Positions 29,317-44,424 are shown, counted from the stretch's first letter. The stretch is DNA of 64,000 bases from Octopus vulgaris (GCA_951406725.2 OX597841.1:16058001-16122000); one strand, 5' to 3'. Notes: generated by a model from the sequence alone, not told the origin. Numbers and translations: made by a program.

Positions 29317-29793
29317 AATTAATTCATAAATAAAGCATATGCATATATACATACATATATATACGTACCTACCTCTACATGTAATATATACATGCATATA
29401 TGGGTACAGGAAACCAAAAAAACGTCGAACACAATGAGAGACGAAAACATAAACACAAAACCAAGGAAATGGACATTTTTCTTAAACAACGAAAAAATAG
29501 AGTACAGGACATACAAAACAAGGAAAATTCCCCATTCTTCAGTCGCCTTAGATTCATCTACTCCACGATTCGAAGGTCAAGGCGATACATGACTTTGATG
29601 AAACAATCCTTCCCGCGAAAATCAAATTAAATAAAATTTGAGATTTTTTTGCAGAGGGGTAAAAATGGTAACAAAAACAGGACAGTAACGACAGTTGGTG
29701 TCCTGTACCCATATATGCATGTATATATACATGTAGAGGTATGTACGTACATGTATGTATATATATATGCATATGTTTTATTTATTTATTAAT
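29317..29793. mobile_element. Element with ~95 bp inverted arms; shorter homolog at 44563-44810
   Basis: gcatatatgggtacagga...tcctgtacccatatatgc in both copies, and both are followed by atatga..gaac..cacgcatcc. Confidence 0.7.
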
Positions 29794-29843
29794 TTAATAT
29801 ATGACGGAACGCACGCATCCATTTCTAAGTAAGATTGTTCTTA

Positions 29844-29905
<62 letters not shown>

Positions 29906-30020
29906 CAATTAAGGATAACTTCTTAATAAGGAATCTTAACAAGAAATTATCAGGTAGTTAGCGTGAAAAACCTCATAAGAGAAAAAATTCGAAAATAATT
30001 TTTTTCTTTTGAACATATTA

Positions 30021-30247
30021 ATTTATATTATATAGAGGGCATTATTACACATAAATGCCTCACACTAAGATTGACATGAGTCATTACTACCAAAAATTTC
30101 ACTAATCATACCCAATGCAGTTTTTCAAAGCATTTAAATGTCTTGCTTTGAAAAACTGCATTGGGTATGATTAGTGAAATTTTTGGTAGAAATGACTCAT
30201 GTCCCTCTTAGTGTGAGGCATTTATGTGTAATAATGCCTTCTATATA

Positions 30248-30255
<8 letters not shown>
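30021..30255. repeat. Inverted repeat, ~112 bp arms, 11 nt spacer
   Basis: Arms 30021-30132 / 30144-30255 with a few mismatches; upstream 29905-30045 is homologous to 62895-63033. Confidence 0.9.
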
Positions 30256-30300
<45 letters not shown>

Positions 30301-30342
30301 CATTTCTTTCCGGTCATTTCAAAATGTAACCACATGCGAATC

Positions 30343-30530
30343 GTTGGCGATTTTCTTCCTCCGTCTTCCCTTCTTTTGGACTTTCCTCTGTTTCCGAAGA
30401 AGAGCGTCTACTCGAAACATTAAACCATCTTTCTTTCCTTCTCCGAGCGTCTGCTAATACATTACATGTACCATGTCATCGCGTTGTTGTTGTGTTTTTT
30501 TGTGTTTGTTCTTTCTGGGATTTACTATAA
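30343..30530 (+). mobile_element. Short hammerhead-bearing element (HH1)
   Basis: gttt CCGAAGA a gagc gtct actc GAAA ca TT aaac (30390-30425); flanks align with 43992-44185. Confidence 0.65.
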
Positions 30531-30556
30531 GCACACACAAACACATACACACACAC

Positions 30557-30849
30557 AGGGATTCTTTGGGGTTTGAATAATTCCCCCCAGGAAACACGGG
30601 TGTTTCGTTCAACATCCTTAAACAACCCTTGTTCAGGAAGGTTTCGAGTAGGATGGGCTACTCGACCTGAAGAAAATTCTAACTGGGTCATGCGTTGTTT
30701 ATCTTGATATGAGGACATCATGTCGCGCACATATGGTTGTGATGCATGTGCCTAGTGTACCCTTATCAGACGGGTAGTCATGATGGGTACATTGGGCTTC
30801 ACATAATTGTACCCCAATGTCGCTTTGATGGCATGAGCTGCCCTCTCAC

Positions 30850-30850
<1 letters not shown>
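30557..30850 (+). mobile_element. Retroposon family E 3' part with (TAA)n tail; other pieces at 36488-36670 (+) and 45203-45438 (-)
   Basis: Shared tcgcgcacatatggttgtgatgcatgtgcc...ctgccctctcact(taa)n; the 45203-45240 reverse complement overlaps gggattctttggggtttgaataattcccc. Confidence 0.7.
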
Positions 30851-30908
<58 letters not shown>

Positions 30909-31079
30909 TATGATGATGATGATGATGATGATGATGATAATAATAATAATAATAATAACTATGATGATGATGATGATGATGATGATAATAAATAAATAAT
31001 AATAATAATAATAATAATAACTATGATGATGATGATGATGATGATGATGATAATAATAATAATAATAATAATAATAACT

Positions 31080-31182
<103 letters not shown>

Positions 31183-31422
31183 TAATAATAATAATAATCC
31201 TTTCTACTGGTAGCACAAGGCCTGAAATTTTGAGGGAGGGGTAAATCGATGACATCGACCTCAGTACGCAGCTGGTACTTAATTTATCGACCTCGAAAGG
31301 ATGAAAGGGAAAGTCGACCTCGGCAGAATTTGAACTAAGAAGAAAGAAGAAAAAAAAGGAGGAAGAAGAAGAAGAAGAAGAAGAAGAAGAAGAAGAAGAA
31401 GAAGAAGAAGAAGAAGAAGAAG

Positions 31423-31455
<33 letters not shown>

Positions 31456-31580
31456 ATGCGTATGTGTTAATATGGGTGTGAGTACGTGTTTATCTAATTA
31501 TAAACTTAACAAAAATATATATTGACCGTAGATGTGTGCTATACCAAAACTTTGAAACACCATTTGAATCTCTCACACTT

Positions 31581-31621
<41 letters not shown>

Positions 31622-31828
31622 GCACACACCATTCCCCCATGCGCTCCGCTCCTCTACAGTAGTACCACGTGATCCGCCGCCACCCAAGAGACTCGATAGA
31701 CCGATGTGAATAAGAAGCCGACCTTAGTCACATCACTGTAACTATTTATTCGTCATCAGAGGCTGAGAGAACAACTCAATGGTACTTGTTACCAACAGAA
31801 TAAGGTTATCTTAACAACCTCGCTCCTA

Positions 31829-31936
<108 letters not shown>

Positions 31937-32126
31937 ATTATTATCATTATTAATATTATTATCATTATTATTACTACTACTACTACTACTACTACTATTA
32001 TTATCATCATCATCACCATCATCATCATCATTACTACTACTACTACTACTACTACTATTAATATTTTTAGTGTTGATGTTGCTATGATTATTACCGTCAT
32101 CATTCCCATCCGTAATTTATAATTAA

Positions 32127-32176
<50 letters not shown>

Positions 32177-32230
32177 TTGTTTTTGTTGTTATTATAATTA
32201 TTATTAGTAGTAGTAGTATTAGTATTATTA

Positions 32231-32297
<67 letters not shown>

Positions 32298-32461
32298 GTC
32301 CGAGAGCTGGTAGAAATGTTAACACGCTGGGAGAAATGTTTAGCGTTAATTTTCTTCTGCCGCTAAGTCCTGAGTTCAAATTCCGCCGAGGTCGACTTTA
32401 CCTTTCTTCATTTCGAGTTCTATAAATTAAGTAGCAGTTGAGTACTGGAGTCGACATATAA

Positions 32462-32960
32462 CCAGATCACCAGTGATGTCGCATTCAATATTAATGCTAG
32501 TCACTGGCTTTTACCCGGCTGCCTAGGGTTAAGCTGTTTCGCCTTGTCGGTTCGTCAATTGTTCTGAGACGGTCCTCCGGGAAGTCGACGATCGTTGTGG
32601 ACGAGGCTGGTCTTCAAACTACAAGTGATCCTTTGTAAAGCGAGAAAACCACTCGTAAACTTGTGTTTTAGTCATGGCAGCGACCGCGTAAGCTGTTTGA
32701 AGACTGACAGCTGTTTCGGCCGCCGTTTTCCCCAGCATAAAATAGAATTTTACAGAAGTACGCTGTTCCTTCGTTTCAGAGGAGACGCACCGCAAACCAA
32801 AGCCTCACCGCGTGGCAGTACGACTTTGGACAGTGGTGCCGGTCGGCAATCTGATGCCTGAGGGTCACATCAAGTAGCGTCTAGCGGCGGAAGCCTGAAC
32901 TACAACGGGTTTGTGCCACAGAGGACGTTTCCGGTTACTTTGGGGGTATCCCTTCGTGTG
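32462..32960 (-). mobile_element. Decayed mariner (Tc1/mariner) transposon 5' portion with transposase pseudogene
   Basis: Minus strand from 32771: KEQRTSVKFYFMLGKTAAETAVSLQTAY..AMTKTQVYEWFSRF..*FEDQPRPQRSSTSR (mariner first HTH), then EDRLRTIDE in a shifted frame and ITGD at ~32466-32477. TIR-like cgaagggatacccccaaagtaaccggaa at ~32929-32956. Confidence 0.85.
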
Positions 32961-33007
32961 TATAAGGTATCTACGCATACTTACACACTCAGCCATAAAT
33001 ATATATA

Positions 33008-33171
33008 TAGGAGCAGGAGTGGCTGTGTGGTAAGTAGCTTGTCTACCAACCACATGGTTCCGGGTTCAGTCCCACTGCGTAGCATCTTGGGCAAGTGTCT
33101 TCTACTATAGCCTCAGGCCGACCAAAGCCTTGTGAGTGGATTTTGGTAGACGGAAACTAAAAGAAGCCCGT

Positions 33172-33236
<65 letters not shown>

Positions 33237-33253
33237 TTACATAAAAGAAGCCC

Positions 33254-33330
<77 letters not shown>

Positions 33331-33550
33331 CGTGTTTGTGTGTCTGTGTTTGTCCCCCTAGCATTGCTTGGCAACCGATGCTGGTGTGTTTACGTCCCCG
33401 TTGCTTAGCGGTTCGGCGAAAAAAGAGACCGATAGAATAAGTACTGGGCTTACAAAAAAAGAATAAGTCCCGGGGGTCGAGTTGCTCGATTATCAAAGGC
33501 GGTGCTCCAGCATGGCCGCAGTTCAAATGACAGAAACGAGTAAAAGAGAG
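33008..33550 (+). mobile_element. SINE-B full length
   Basis: Family match. Confidence 0.88.
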
Positions 33551-33909
33551 CATATAACCACACATACACACACATTCACAGAAAGCTATTTAACACGTAC
33601 ACATCCACACAACCAGGCAGGCACACACACACGCACATTAAAACACATGCAACAGTTTTTTCCTTTGACACTTAACCACATTCTTCAACGTTTTCGGTTT
33701 TTGTTTTGTTTTTCTTTTTTTTTTTTTTTTGTTTTTACTCTTTTGACTTCCATTTTGGAAACAGCCCTACTTTTATATAGGGGTGTTCAAAAGTCTCTCC
33801 GCAGTGAATTTTTTTTTTCATTCTGATTCTCCAAGCGCCAGACTCCTCAAAAATGTATTTCAAAACATGTGTAGAAGAGAATAAGGTTATCTTAACAACC
33901 TCGCTTCTA

Positions 33910-35197
<1,288 letters not shown>

Positions 35198-35371
35198 ATA
35201 TTTTTAGTGTTGATGTTGCTATGATTATTACCATCATCATTACCATCCGTACTTTATTATTACTACAGTACTCAACTTACATACAGAAAATGAAGGACGA
35301 CGCTTTCAACACCTCTTATAAAGTTTTTCAAAGTCTTGTAAAGTCTAATATGTTCTTTTGTAGTCTTATAC

Positions 35372-35595
35372 CTATTTCTTTACTACCCACAAGGGGCTAA
35401 ACACAGAGGGGACAAACAAGGACAGACATAGGTATTAAGTCGATTACATCGACCCCAGTGCGTAACTGGCACTTAATTTATCGATCCCGAAAGGATCAAA
35501 GGCAAAGTCGACCTCGGCGGAATTTGAACTCAAAACGTAACGCAGACGAAATACCGCTAAGCATTTCGCCCGGCGTGCTAACGGTTCTGCCAGCT
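35372..35595 (-). mobile_element. SINE-A monomer
   Basis: Full-length match to family consensus. Confidence 0.85.
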
Positions 35596-35799
35596 CTTAG
35601 AAATATTTGTTTTGCGATAAAATCCTTACTGCGGATAGACTTTTTGAACACTCAGCTTTCTGTTTATTTTGTCGCCATACAAGCTAAGCTGATGTAGAAT
35701 ATGGCTTCCGTTTTTGAACGTGCACAGGCGACCAGCTATTCACTCTGCGGCAGGTCGTCGAGAAATCGTGGGAATGTTGCCTAGAGGGAAGGCAGCCAA

Positions 35800-36365
35800 C
35801 TGGCAGAATCGTTAGCACTCCTAGCGAAATGCCTAGCGGTATTTCGTCTGCCGTTACGTTCTGAGTTCGAATTCCGCCGAGGTCGACTTTGCTTTTCATC
35901 ATTTCGGGGTCGATTAAATAAGTACCAGTTACGCACTGGGTTCGATGTAATCGACTTAATACCTGTGTCTGTCCTTGTTTGTCGCCTCTGTGGTTAGCCC
36001 CTTGTGGGTAGTAAAGAAATAGGTATTTCGTCTGCTGTTACGTTCTGAGTTCAAATTCCGCCGAGGTCAACTTTGCCTTTCATAATTTCGGGGGTCGATA
36101 AATTAAGTACCAGTTACGCACTGGGGTTGATGTAATCGACTTAATCCGTGTGTCTGTCCTTGTTTGTCGCCTCTGTGGTTAGCCCCTTGTGGGTAGTAAA
36201 GAAATAGGTATTTCGGCTGCTGCTACGTTCGGAGTTCACCTTCCACCGTGGTTGACTTGACCTTTCATTCTCGTGGGGCTCGATAAATTCAGTGCCAGTT
36301 GAACACTGGAGTCGATTTAATCGACTCATCCCCAACACCCCGAAGCTGCCCTTGTGGCAAAAATT
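35800..36365 (+). mobile_element. SINE-A tandem array (3 units)
   Basis: Junctions gaaataggtatttc at ~36022 and ~36207. Confidence 0.85.
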
Positions 36366-36403
36366 TGAAATAATAATAATAGTAATAATAGTAATAATAA
36401 TAG

Positions 36404-36489
<86 letters not shown>

Positions 36490-36699
36490 GGCCCCACCTG
36501 CAAGGTCATGTGCAGTTTATCTTGATATGAGATCACCATATCGCGCACATATGGTTGTGATGCATGTGCCTGGTGTGCCCTTATCAGACGGGTAGTCATG
36601 ATGGGTATATTGGGCTTCGTATATTTTACTCCAGTGTCACTTTGATGGCACGAACTGCCCTCTCACTCAATAATAATAATAATAAGAAGAATAATGATG

Positions 36700-36854
<155 letters not shown>

Positions 36855-36976
36855 TTCACGTTGCTCCAGTCCACTCAGCCGGAAAAAATGTGTAATGCTG
36901 CGATGGACTGGCGTCCCGTCCAGCTGGGGAACACATACGCCATAGAGACCGGGAAACCGGGTCAATGAGCCTGGCT

Positions 36977-37207
36977 ATATTGTTGTGTCTGGGGAGAGTC
37001 AATCTGTTTTTATACCTTATTAGTTAACACACGCACCGGTTCGATTTCCACTCATTTACTTACATATTTTTTTCTAAAATTTTCGTTGCTTCTTGGAACC
37101 TCTTCAATGGTCAACGACTATTGCAGAGGTTGCAAGAAGCAACGAAAATTTTAGAAAAAAATAAATGAGTGGATTTGGTAGACAGAAACTGAAAGAAGAC
37201 TGTCGTA

Positions 37208-37269
<62 letters not shown>

Positions 37270-37645
37270 CGTGTGTGTGTTTGTGTGTCTGTGTTTGTCC
37301 CCTTAGCATTGCTTGACAACCGATGCTGGTGTGTTTACGTCCCCGTCACTTAGCGGTTCGGCAAAAGAGACCGATAGAATAAGTACTGGGCTTACATAGA
37401 ATAAGTCCTGGTGTCGATTTGGTTCGACTAAAGGCGGTGCTCCAGCATGGCCGCAGTCAGTCAAATGACTGAAACAAGTAAAAGAGTAAAAGAGTAAAGA
37501 GAGATGAGTGGAAATCGAACCGGTGAGTGTGTTAATTAAATAAGGCATTAAAACAGATTGACTCTCCCCAGACACAATAAAATATGCTTCAACACACGAA
37601 TTCACTTAAAGAATGTTGCAAATCAAATACAAAAATGAAATATAT
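36977..37645. mobile_element. Fold-back element (family HH2) with head-to-head hammerhead-like motifs; right arm interrupted by SINE-B
   Basis: Inverted arms centred ~37113; homologous to 44820-45178. Confidence 0.7.
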
Positions 37646-37789
37646 ATATATGCGTGTGTATGAGTGTGCGTGTGTGTGTATTTATAGATAGATAGCTACA
37701 TATATACATATATATATATATATATTTATATATATGTATCTGTGTGTGTGTATGCATGTCGTCCTGACGTCCTGGTTTTGTTATTATTG

Positions 37790-38073
37790 TTTTTACGTAT
37801 TTTTGAATTTTTTTCGAGTAACATCGTCCGTTTTTCCGTCACTGTGTTGTATACTTTCGAGGTTTTCTTCCAAGGAATCTAATGCGACTGGCTTAGATTT
37901 CCCTTGGCGGGCTGCCCAGATTGGAGCAATCTCAAGATTAATCAGCCGAAATTGCGAAGATGATCTGGTTCTTGACTGATGACTGAGAGCTTCGAAAGTC
38001 CCGTCTGTGTGTGTTTTTTTTTGTCTTCTTCAAAATGTTTCACGTTCTTGTCCCAGTTTGTGTTTTTTTTAAC

Positions 38074-38075
<2 letters not shown>
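37790..38075 (+). mobile_element. Unclassified dispersed repeat abutting (TA)n; inverted homolog at 53230-53470
   Basis: Direct alignment of the two copies (aatctcaagattaatcagccgaaattgcga...cacgttcttgtcccagtttg). Confidence 0.7.
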
Positions 38076-38133
<58 letters not shown>

Positions 38134-38416
38134 TGACTTGCATATATAAAAGCACATTTCCAACAATGTATCGACGTGTATACATACGTTTTATATGCAT
38201 ATTAACATATACGTAGATATATATACATACATATGCACAAACACATATGTATATACACAGAAACCCCCCCACACACACATATACACACTATTTATAAATA
38301 TTTATATATGTATGTGTTTATATATAGGTACAACGAGTGTTGATATTTCTATACGCATACGGAGTTCTGTGTACTTATAACCCTAATTGTGTGTGTATGT
38401 GTGTGTGTGTGTGAGA

Positions 38417-38459
<43 letters not shown>

Positions 38460-38703
38460 TATACATAGACATATACATATATACATATAGACAGATATGA
38501 CTATATCCATCTCACCATACATCCATGTGTGTGTGTGTGTATGTGCTCGCGTCTACAATTACGTATGTGCAAAGATGGCGAACAAGCAGACGGAAACAAC
38601 TTCCGGTCTTTTGTTTTCACTTCCTAACCACCAAATGTCGCCGTCGCAGAGTGTATATAAGCATGTGTGTACATGCATGTGTATGTATCAATGTCTATAC
38701 ATG

Positions 38704-38750
<47 letters not shown>

Positions 38751-38844
38751 GTCTGTGTGTGCGCGTGTGAGTGTATGCACATATGTATGTATGTATGTAT
38801 GTATGTTTGGATTATGTATGGATGTGCGTGTGTATGTATGTATG

Positions 38845-38878
<34 letters not shown>

Positions 38879-39379
38879 TGTATGTATGTATGAATGTATG
38901 TATGTATGTATGAATGTATGTATGTATGTATGTTTGGATTATGTATGTATGTGCGTGTATGTATATATGTATGTATGTACGTGTGTATGTATATATGTAT
39001 GAATGTGTGTAGGTATGTATGTATGTATGTATGTATGTGTGTATGTATGTATGCATGTATGTGTGTATGTGTGAATGAGTGTATATAAGAGACTGAATGA
39101 GTGAGAGGCATAGACAAAAAGAGAGGAAGATAAGGAAGTGTGAGAGAGGGAGTGAAAGTGAGGGTGTGCAAGAGTGATAATGATGAGAGGGAGGGAGGGA
39201 TAGGGGCCGTGAATGTGAGTCGTGGGTGTGTAAGTCTGGGTACGAGATATCCTGCAGGGGTTATCCAGACCCCATTTTGCCCGCCGTGCTTAACGATTCT
39301 GCCTGCTCGTCGCCCTATTACAGATCATAACCTTAATTATTAAATGAATTAGTAAAAAGGTTGTTGTGTAATTATCTTC

Positions 39380-39539
39380 AGGAGTGGCTGTGTGGTAAGT
39401 AGCTTGCTTACCAACCACATGGTTCCGGGTTCAGTCCCACTGCGTGGCACCTTGGGCAAGTGTCTTCTGCTATAGCCCCGGGCCGACCAAAGCCTTGTGA
39501 GTGGATTTGGTAGACGGAAACTGAAAGAAGCCCGTCGTA

Positions 39540-39579
<40 letters not shown>

Positions 39580-40104
39580 TGTGTGTGTTTATGTGAGTGT
39601 GTTTGTACCCCTAGCATTGCTTGACAACCGATGCTGGTGTGTTTATGTCCCCGTTACTTAGCGGTTCGGCAAAAGAGACCGATAGAATAAGTACTGGGCT
39701 TACAAAAGAATAAGTCCCGGGGTCGAGTTGCTCGATTAAAGGTGGTGCTCCAGCATGGCCGCAGTCAAATGACTGAAACAAGTGAAAGAGTGTAATCACC
39801 TGTTATGTTATTACCTTACAGCTGGCTCTGACGAAGCTAACAGTCACAGTTGGGTGCGTGGCGCCTCATAGCCGAAACAACTTTTAACTCTCTTTTCACT
39901 TTTCTCTCTTTTACTTGTTTCAGTCATTTTGACTGCGGCCATACTGGAGCACCGCCTTTAGTCGAGCAAATCGACCCCGGGACTTATTCTTTTTGTAAGC
40001 CCATTACTTATTCTATCGGTCTCTTTTGCCGAACCGCTAGGTGACGGGGACATAAACATACCAGCTTCGGTTGTCAAGCAATGCTAGGGGGACAAACACA
40101 GACG

Positions 40105-40145
<41 letters not shown>

Positions 40146-40388
40146 TCTTTTATGTTCATCCCTTCGAGTATTTCACGTTATTTATTTATGTAAAGGTTTA
40201 TTATATATATACATACATATATACGACAGGCTTCTTTCAGTTTCCGTCTACCAAATCCACTCACAAGGCATTGGTCGGCCCGGGGCTATAGCAGAAGACA
40301 CTTGCCCAAGATGCCCCGCAGTGGGACTGAACCCGGAACCATGTCTTTGGTAAACAAGCTACTTACCACACAACCACTCTTGCGCCTA
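39380..40388. mobile_element. Two SINE-B copies tail-to-tail (39380-39790 +, 39890-40388 -)
   Basis: Family match on both strands. Confidence 0.85.
39826..39890 (+). ncRNA. Degenerate hammerhead-like motif
   Basis: CTGACGA agcta...tagcc GAAA caact; 3' side overrun by a SINE-B tail and stem I not evident. Confidence 0.4.
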
Positions 40389-41009
40389 TTGAATATGATT
40401 GCGCAACTTCTGCTGTTCTTTGGACATTGATAAAAAATCCCGTAGTGGCACACTTGACTAAATCTGTATTGATATATGTGCATCGGATGATCTTACAATA
40501 CAACTGGTGTCACATCTTAGGATATCTCAGCAATAGAAACACGTGTCGGACTGAGATTTAAACTGAATGCATTTTATACAACACTGTAGTAAAACAAACT
40601 TTCGAGGGTGTATAATTCTCCGTTATCTTTCATGTCTTGTATAATGGTGGCTGTGCAGGTGCAAGTGTATCTGTGTCGCAAGTAGCTTGCTTCCCAACTA
40701 CTTGATTCCAGGTTCAGTCCCACTGCGTGGCACCTTGGGCAAGTGTCTTCTACTACTATTCTGCTATTTTGCTATTGCGGCCATGCTCGAGTACCGCCTT
40801 TCGTCGAGCAAATCGATCCCAGGACTTATTCTTTGTAAGCCTAGTACTTATTCTGTCGGCCTCTTTTGCCGAACCGCTAAGTTACGGGGAAGTAAGCACA
40901 CCAACATCGGTTGTTGAGCCATGGTGCGGGGACAAACACAGACACACAAATAAACACATAAATATATATACATATGGTCACCATGATTGATCACTGAATC
41001 AACAAGTTT

Positions 41010-41071
<62 letters not shown>

Positions 41072-41106
41072 ATCTATCTATCTATATCTATCTACCTATC
41101 TATCTA

Positions 41107-41441
<335 letters not shown>

Positions 41442-41626
41442 ATATATATATATGCACGATATATATGTACGATGGGCTTCTTTCAGTTTCCGTCAACCAA
41501 ATCCACTCACAAGGCTTTGGTCGGCCCGAGGCTATAGTAGAAGACACTTGCCAAAAGTGCCATGCAATGGGATCGAACCCGGATCCATATGGTTGGGAAG
41601 CAAACTTCTTACCACACTGTCACACA

Positions 41627-41685
<59 letters not shown>

Positions 41686-41789
41686 GCGGTATATATATGT
41701 GTGTGTACAGGGAGAGAGAGGAAATCCAAATGACTTCCGGTTACGACCCCTCCTCTCTTGCTCTAACTGTTCTCTAAAATTCATCAGCT

Positions 41790-42640
41790 TCCCCACCACC
41801 ACCACCACCACCACCATCGCCAACACCCGGCAATTCCCCGTCATTCCATTTCTACTATCAACCATGTCACCATCACCATCTCACCGCCTCCTCCACTATT
41901 TCATCACCATCATCACCAACATCACCATTGCTACCACCACCACCACCACCACCACCACCACCATCATCATCACCACCGCCATCACCACCATTATCACCAC
42001 CATCATCACCATTGCTACCACCATCATCATCACCACCACCACCACTATCATCACCACCACAACCATTGCTACCACTATCACCACCACCACCAACATCATC
42101 ACCATCGCCACCACCACCACCACCATCATCACCATTGCTACCACCATCATCACCACCACCACCACCACCATCATCACCACTATCATCACCACTACCACCA
42201 ACATCACAACCACCACTACCACCGCCTCCTAAACTACCAACACCACCATCTTCATCTCATCATCACCACTGCCATCACAACCGCCACCACCACCACAAAC
42301 ACAAGCGTCTCCATATCACCACTACCTCAACAGCCACCACCACTATGACCACAACCACAAGCGCCACCACCACCACCACCGCCACCACCACCGCCACCAC
42401 CACCACTGTTACAACAACCTCCACACCTCCACAGCCACCACCTCCACAACCAAAAACCACCTTATCCGTCACCAGTACCACCACCATCGTGAAAACTGCG
42501 TCCACCACTACTACTACCTCCGCCACCACCACCAGCATAGACACCGTCACCACCGCCGTCACCACCACCGCCGCCGCCAGCGTTATCTCCTCCACCGCAA
42601 CCATCACCACCCCCGTCCTGCCGCCGCCGCCACCACCATT
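41790..42640. repeat. (ACC)n/(ATC)n degenerate trinucleotide tract
   Basis: Direct; similar tracts at 57285-57590 and 63695-64000. Confidence 0.9.
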
Positions 42641-43158
42641 CCCCTGTACACGAAACCGACCTAAAAACAAATTAACTAGGTCAAAATGCTCTATACGGCG
42701 GTAATCCTTGTGGAAATATAAATAGAAAGTTGAAAAAAAAAATTAAGGGTCTATCTAAGGATAAGTCACAAGGACATAAAAGTCAGGGGGCGAAAAAAAA
42801 AAATGGGGACACACTTGGGTGTCTTTAATTTTTTTTTTTTTTTACTTTCTTGAACCTTACTTCCTCGCTGCGTGTCAGAGAGAGGGGACCCTCTCTCCGA
42901 GTCGGGCCTCTTCGACCCGCTAGAAAGAACACGAAGTTCCGCTCGAAACAGGCTCCGGCATGGCAGTTGGGGTTAAGATGCCCCCGCTTTGCAACCATGT
43001 GGGGGTTTCGGGTTCAGTCCTACCTAGCGGAGCAGTATCTTGGGAGATTGTTTTTTTTTTTTGGGTTTTTGTTTCTTTTTTTTTTACTACTATTATACTA
43101 CAAGGCTTGAACCGACAAATGATGACAGAAATTAAAAGCCGTCCGTCATATATATATA

Positions 43159-43542
43159 CTAGCAGTATCGCCCGGCGTTGCTCAGGTTTGTAAGGGAAAT
43201 AACTATAAAGCATTTTTAGAGAGTTATAGCCCAAAAATAGCAAAAAAATGGGAAAAAATGATTGTAAATATTTTTTGAGATTTAAAAAAGGTGGAGTTGC
43301 GTCCCCTAGACAGTTTGTGGTTCGTGTTTCTGATTCTCGACCCCATGTCGAATTTATCGATTTTTTTCAGAACTTGGGGAACCTTTCAAAATTTTCGCTG
43401 TGTTAGTTTTGAATTATGACATTGGGCTACGTGTGTGTCAAGTTTCATCAGAATCGGTTGAAAGCCGTGGTCAGGGTGAGGGTACAAGCAAACAGACACA
43501 CAGAAACACGCACTGACAGACTGCCGTTTATATAGAGAGAGA
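43159..43542 (-). mobile_element. Non-autonomous Helitron
   Basis: Minus strand starts TC(tctctctatataaacggcag) after an A and ends with the hairpin-like cctgagcaacgccggg followed by CTAG before a T; no TSD. Confidence 0.8.
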
Positions 43543-43546
43543 TATT

Positions 43547-43958
43547 AGGCGCAGGAGTGGCTGTGTGGTAAGTAGCTTGTTTACCAACCACATGGTTCCG
43601 GGTTCAGTCCCACTGCGGGGCATCTTGGGCAATTGTCTTCTACTATAGCATCGGGCCGACCAAAGTCTTGTGAGTGGATTTGGTAGACGAAAACTGAAAG
43701 AAGCCTGTCGTATATATGTATATATATATATATATGCGTGTGTGTGTGTTTGTGTGTCTGTATTTGTCCTCCTAGCATTGCTTGACAACCGATGCTGGTG
43801 TGTTTATGTCCCCATTACTAAGCGGTTCGGCAAAAGTGACCGATAAAATAAGTACTGGGCTTACAAAACAATAAGTTTCGCGGTCTAGCTGCTCGATTAA
43901 AGGCGGTGCTCCAGCATGGCCGCAGTCAAATGACTGAAACAAGTAAAAGAGTAAAAGA

Positions 43959-43960
<2 letters not shown>
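43547..43960 (+). mobile_element. SINE-B full length
   Basis: Family match. Confidence 0.88.
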
Positions 43961-43991
<31 letters not shown>

Positions 43992-43995
<4 letters not shown>

Positions 43996-44185
43996 CGATT
44001 TTTTTCCTCTGTCTTCCCTTCTCTGGATCTTTCCTTCTCCCATGTTTCCGACGAAGAGCTCCGCTAGAAACGTTAAACCCTCCTTCTTCCCTTCTTTCCT
44101 GAGCGTCCAATAATACTTTATTTGGTCCACGTCCTCGCGTTGTTGTGTTTTTTTTTTTTGTGTTTTCATGTTTGGATTAACTTTA
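43992..44185 (+). mobile_element. Short hammerhead-bearing element (HH1) between (TA)n tracts
   Basis: gttt CCGACGA a gagc tcc gcta GAAA cg TT aaac (44044-44078). Confidence 0.7.
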
Positions 44186-44334
44186 TATATATATATATAT
44201 ACGACCTCGAACACACAAGTGCAAACAAGGGAGTCAGAGAAAGGCAGAATGCCACTTATATCTGAACACTACTATAGAAATATTCCTTTAAAAAAACTTT
44301 TCTTCTAATTTTTCTAAATTTAATTATTTAATCG

Positions 44335-44378
44335 TTACAGTTGAAAAGGTCTCAAAATGACCGAAACCGGTACTGAAA
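44335..44378 (+). ncRNA. Minimal hammerhead with compensatory U3-A8 core
   Basis: cag TTGAAAA ggtc tcaaaat gacc GAAA ccgg TA ctg. Confidence 0.65.
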
Positions 44379-44424
44379 TGTTCACTATAAAATTATTTTA
44401 GCATTTTCTATTTTTGACTTGTTT

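Noticed and set aside
32700-32725. Hammerhead half-motif GAAAcagctGTC on the minus strand (also ~32530)
   Set aside because: No properly placed CUGANGA/stem I; it lies in mariner coding sequence (AETAV).
37972-38010. CTGATGA..GAAA..GTC hammerhead-like string
   Set aside because: Stems I and III do not pair, and the homolog at ~53290-53325 has GAAT; not called as a ribozyme.
40480-40555. GAAAcacgtGTC with upstream CGGATGA
   Set aside because: Core is mutated and stems I/II are not supportable.
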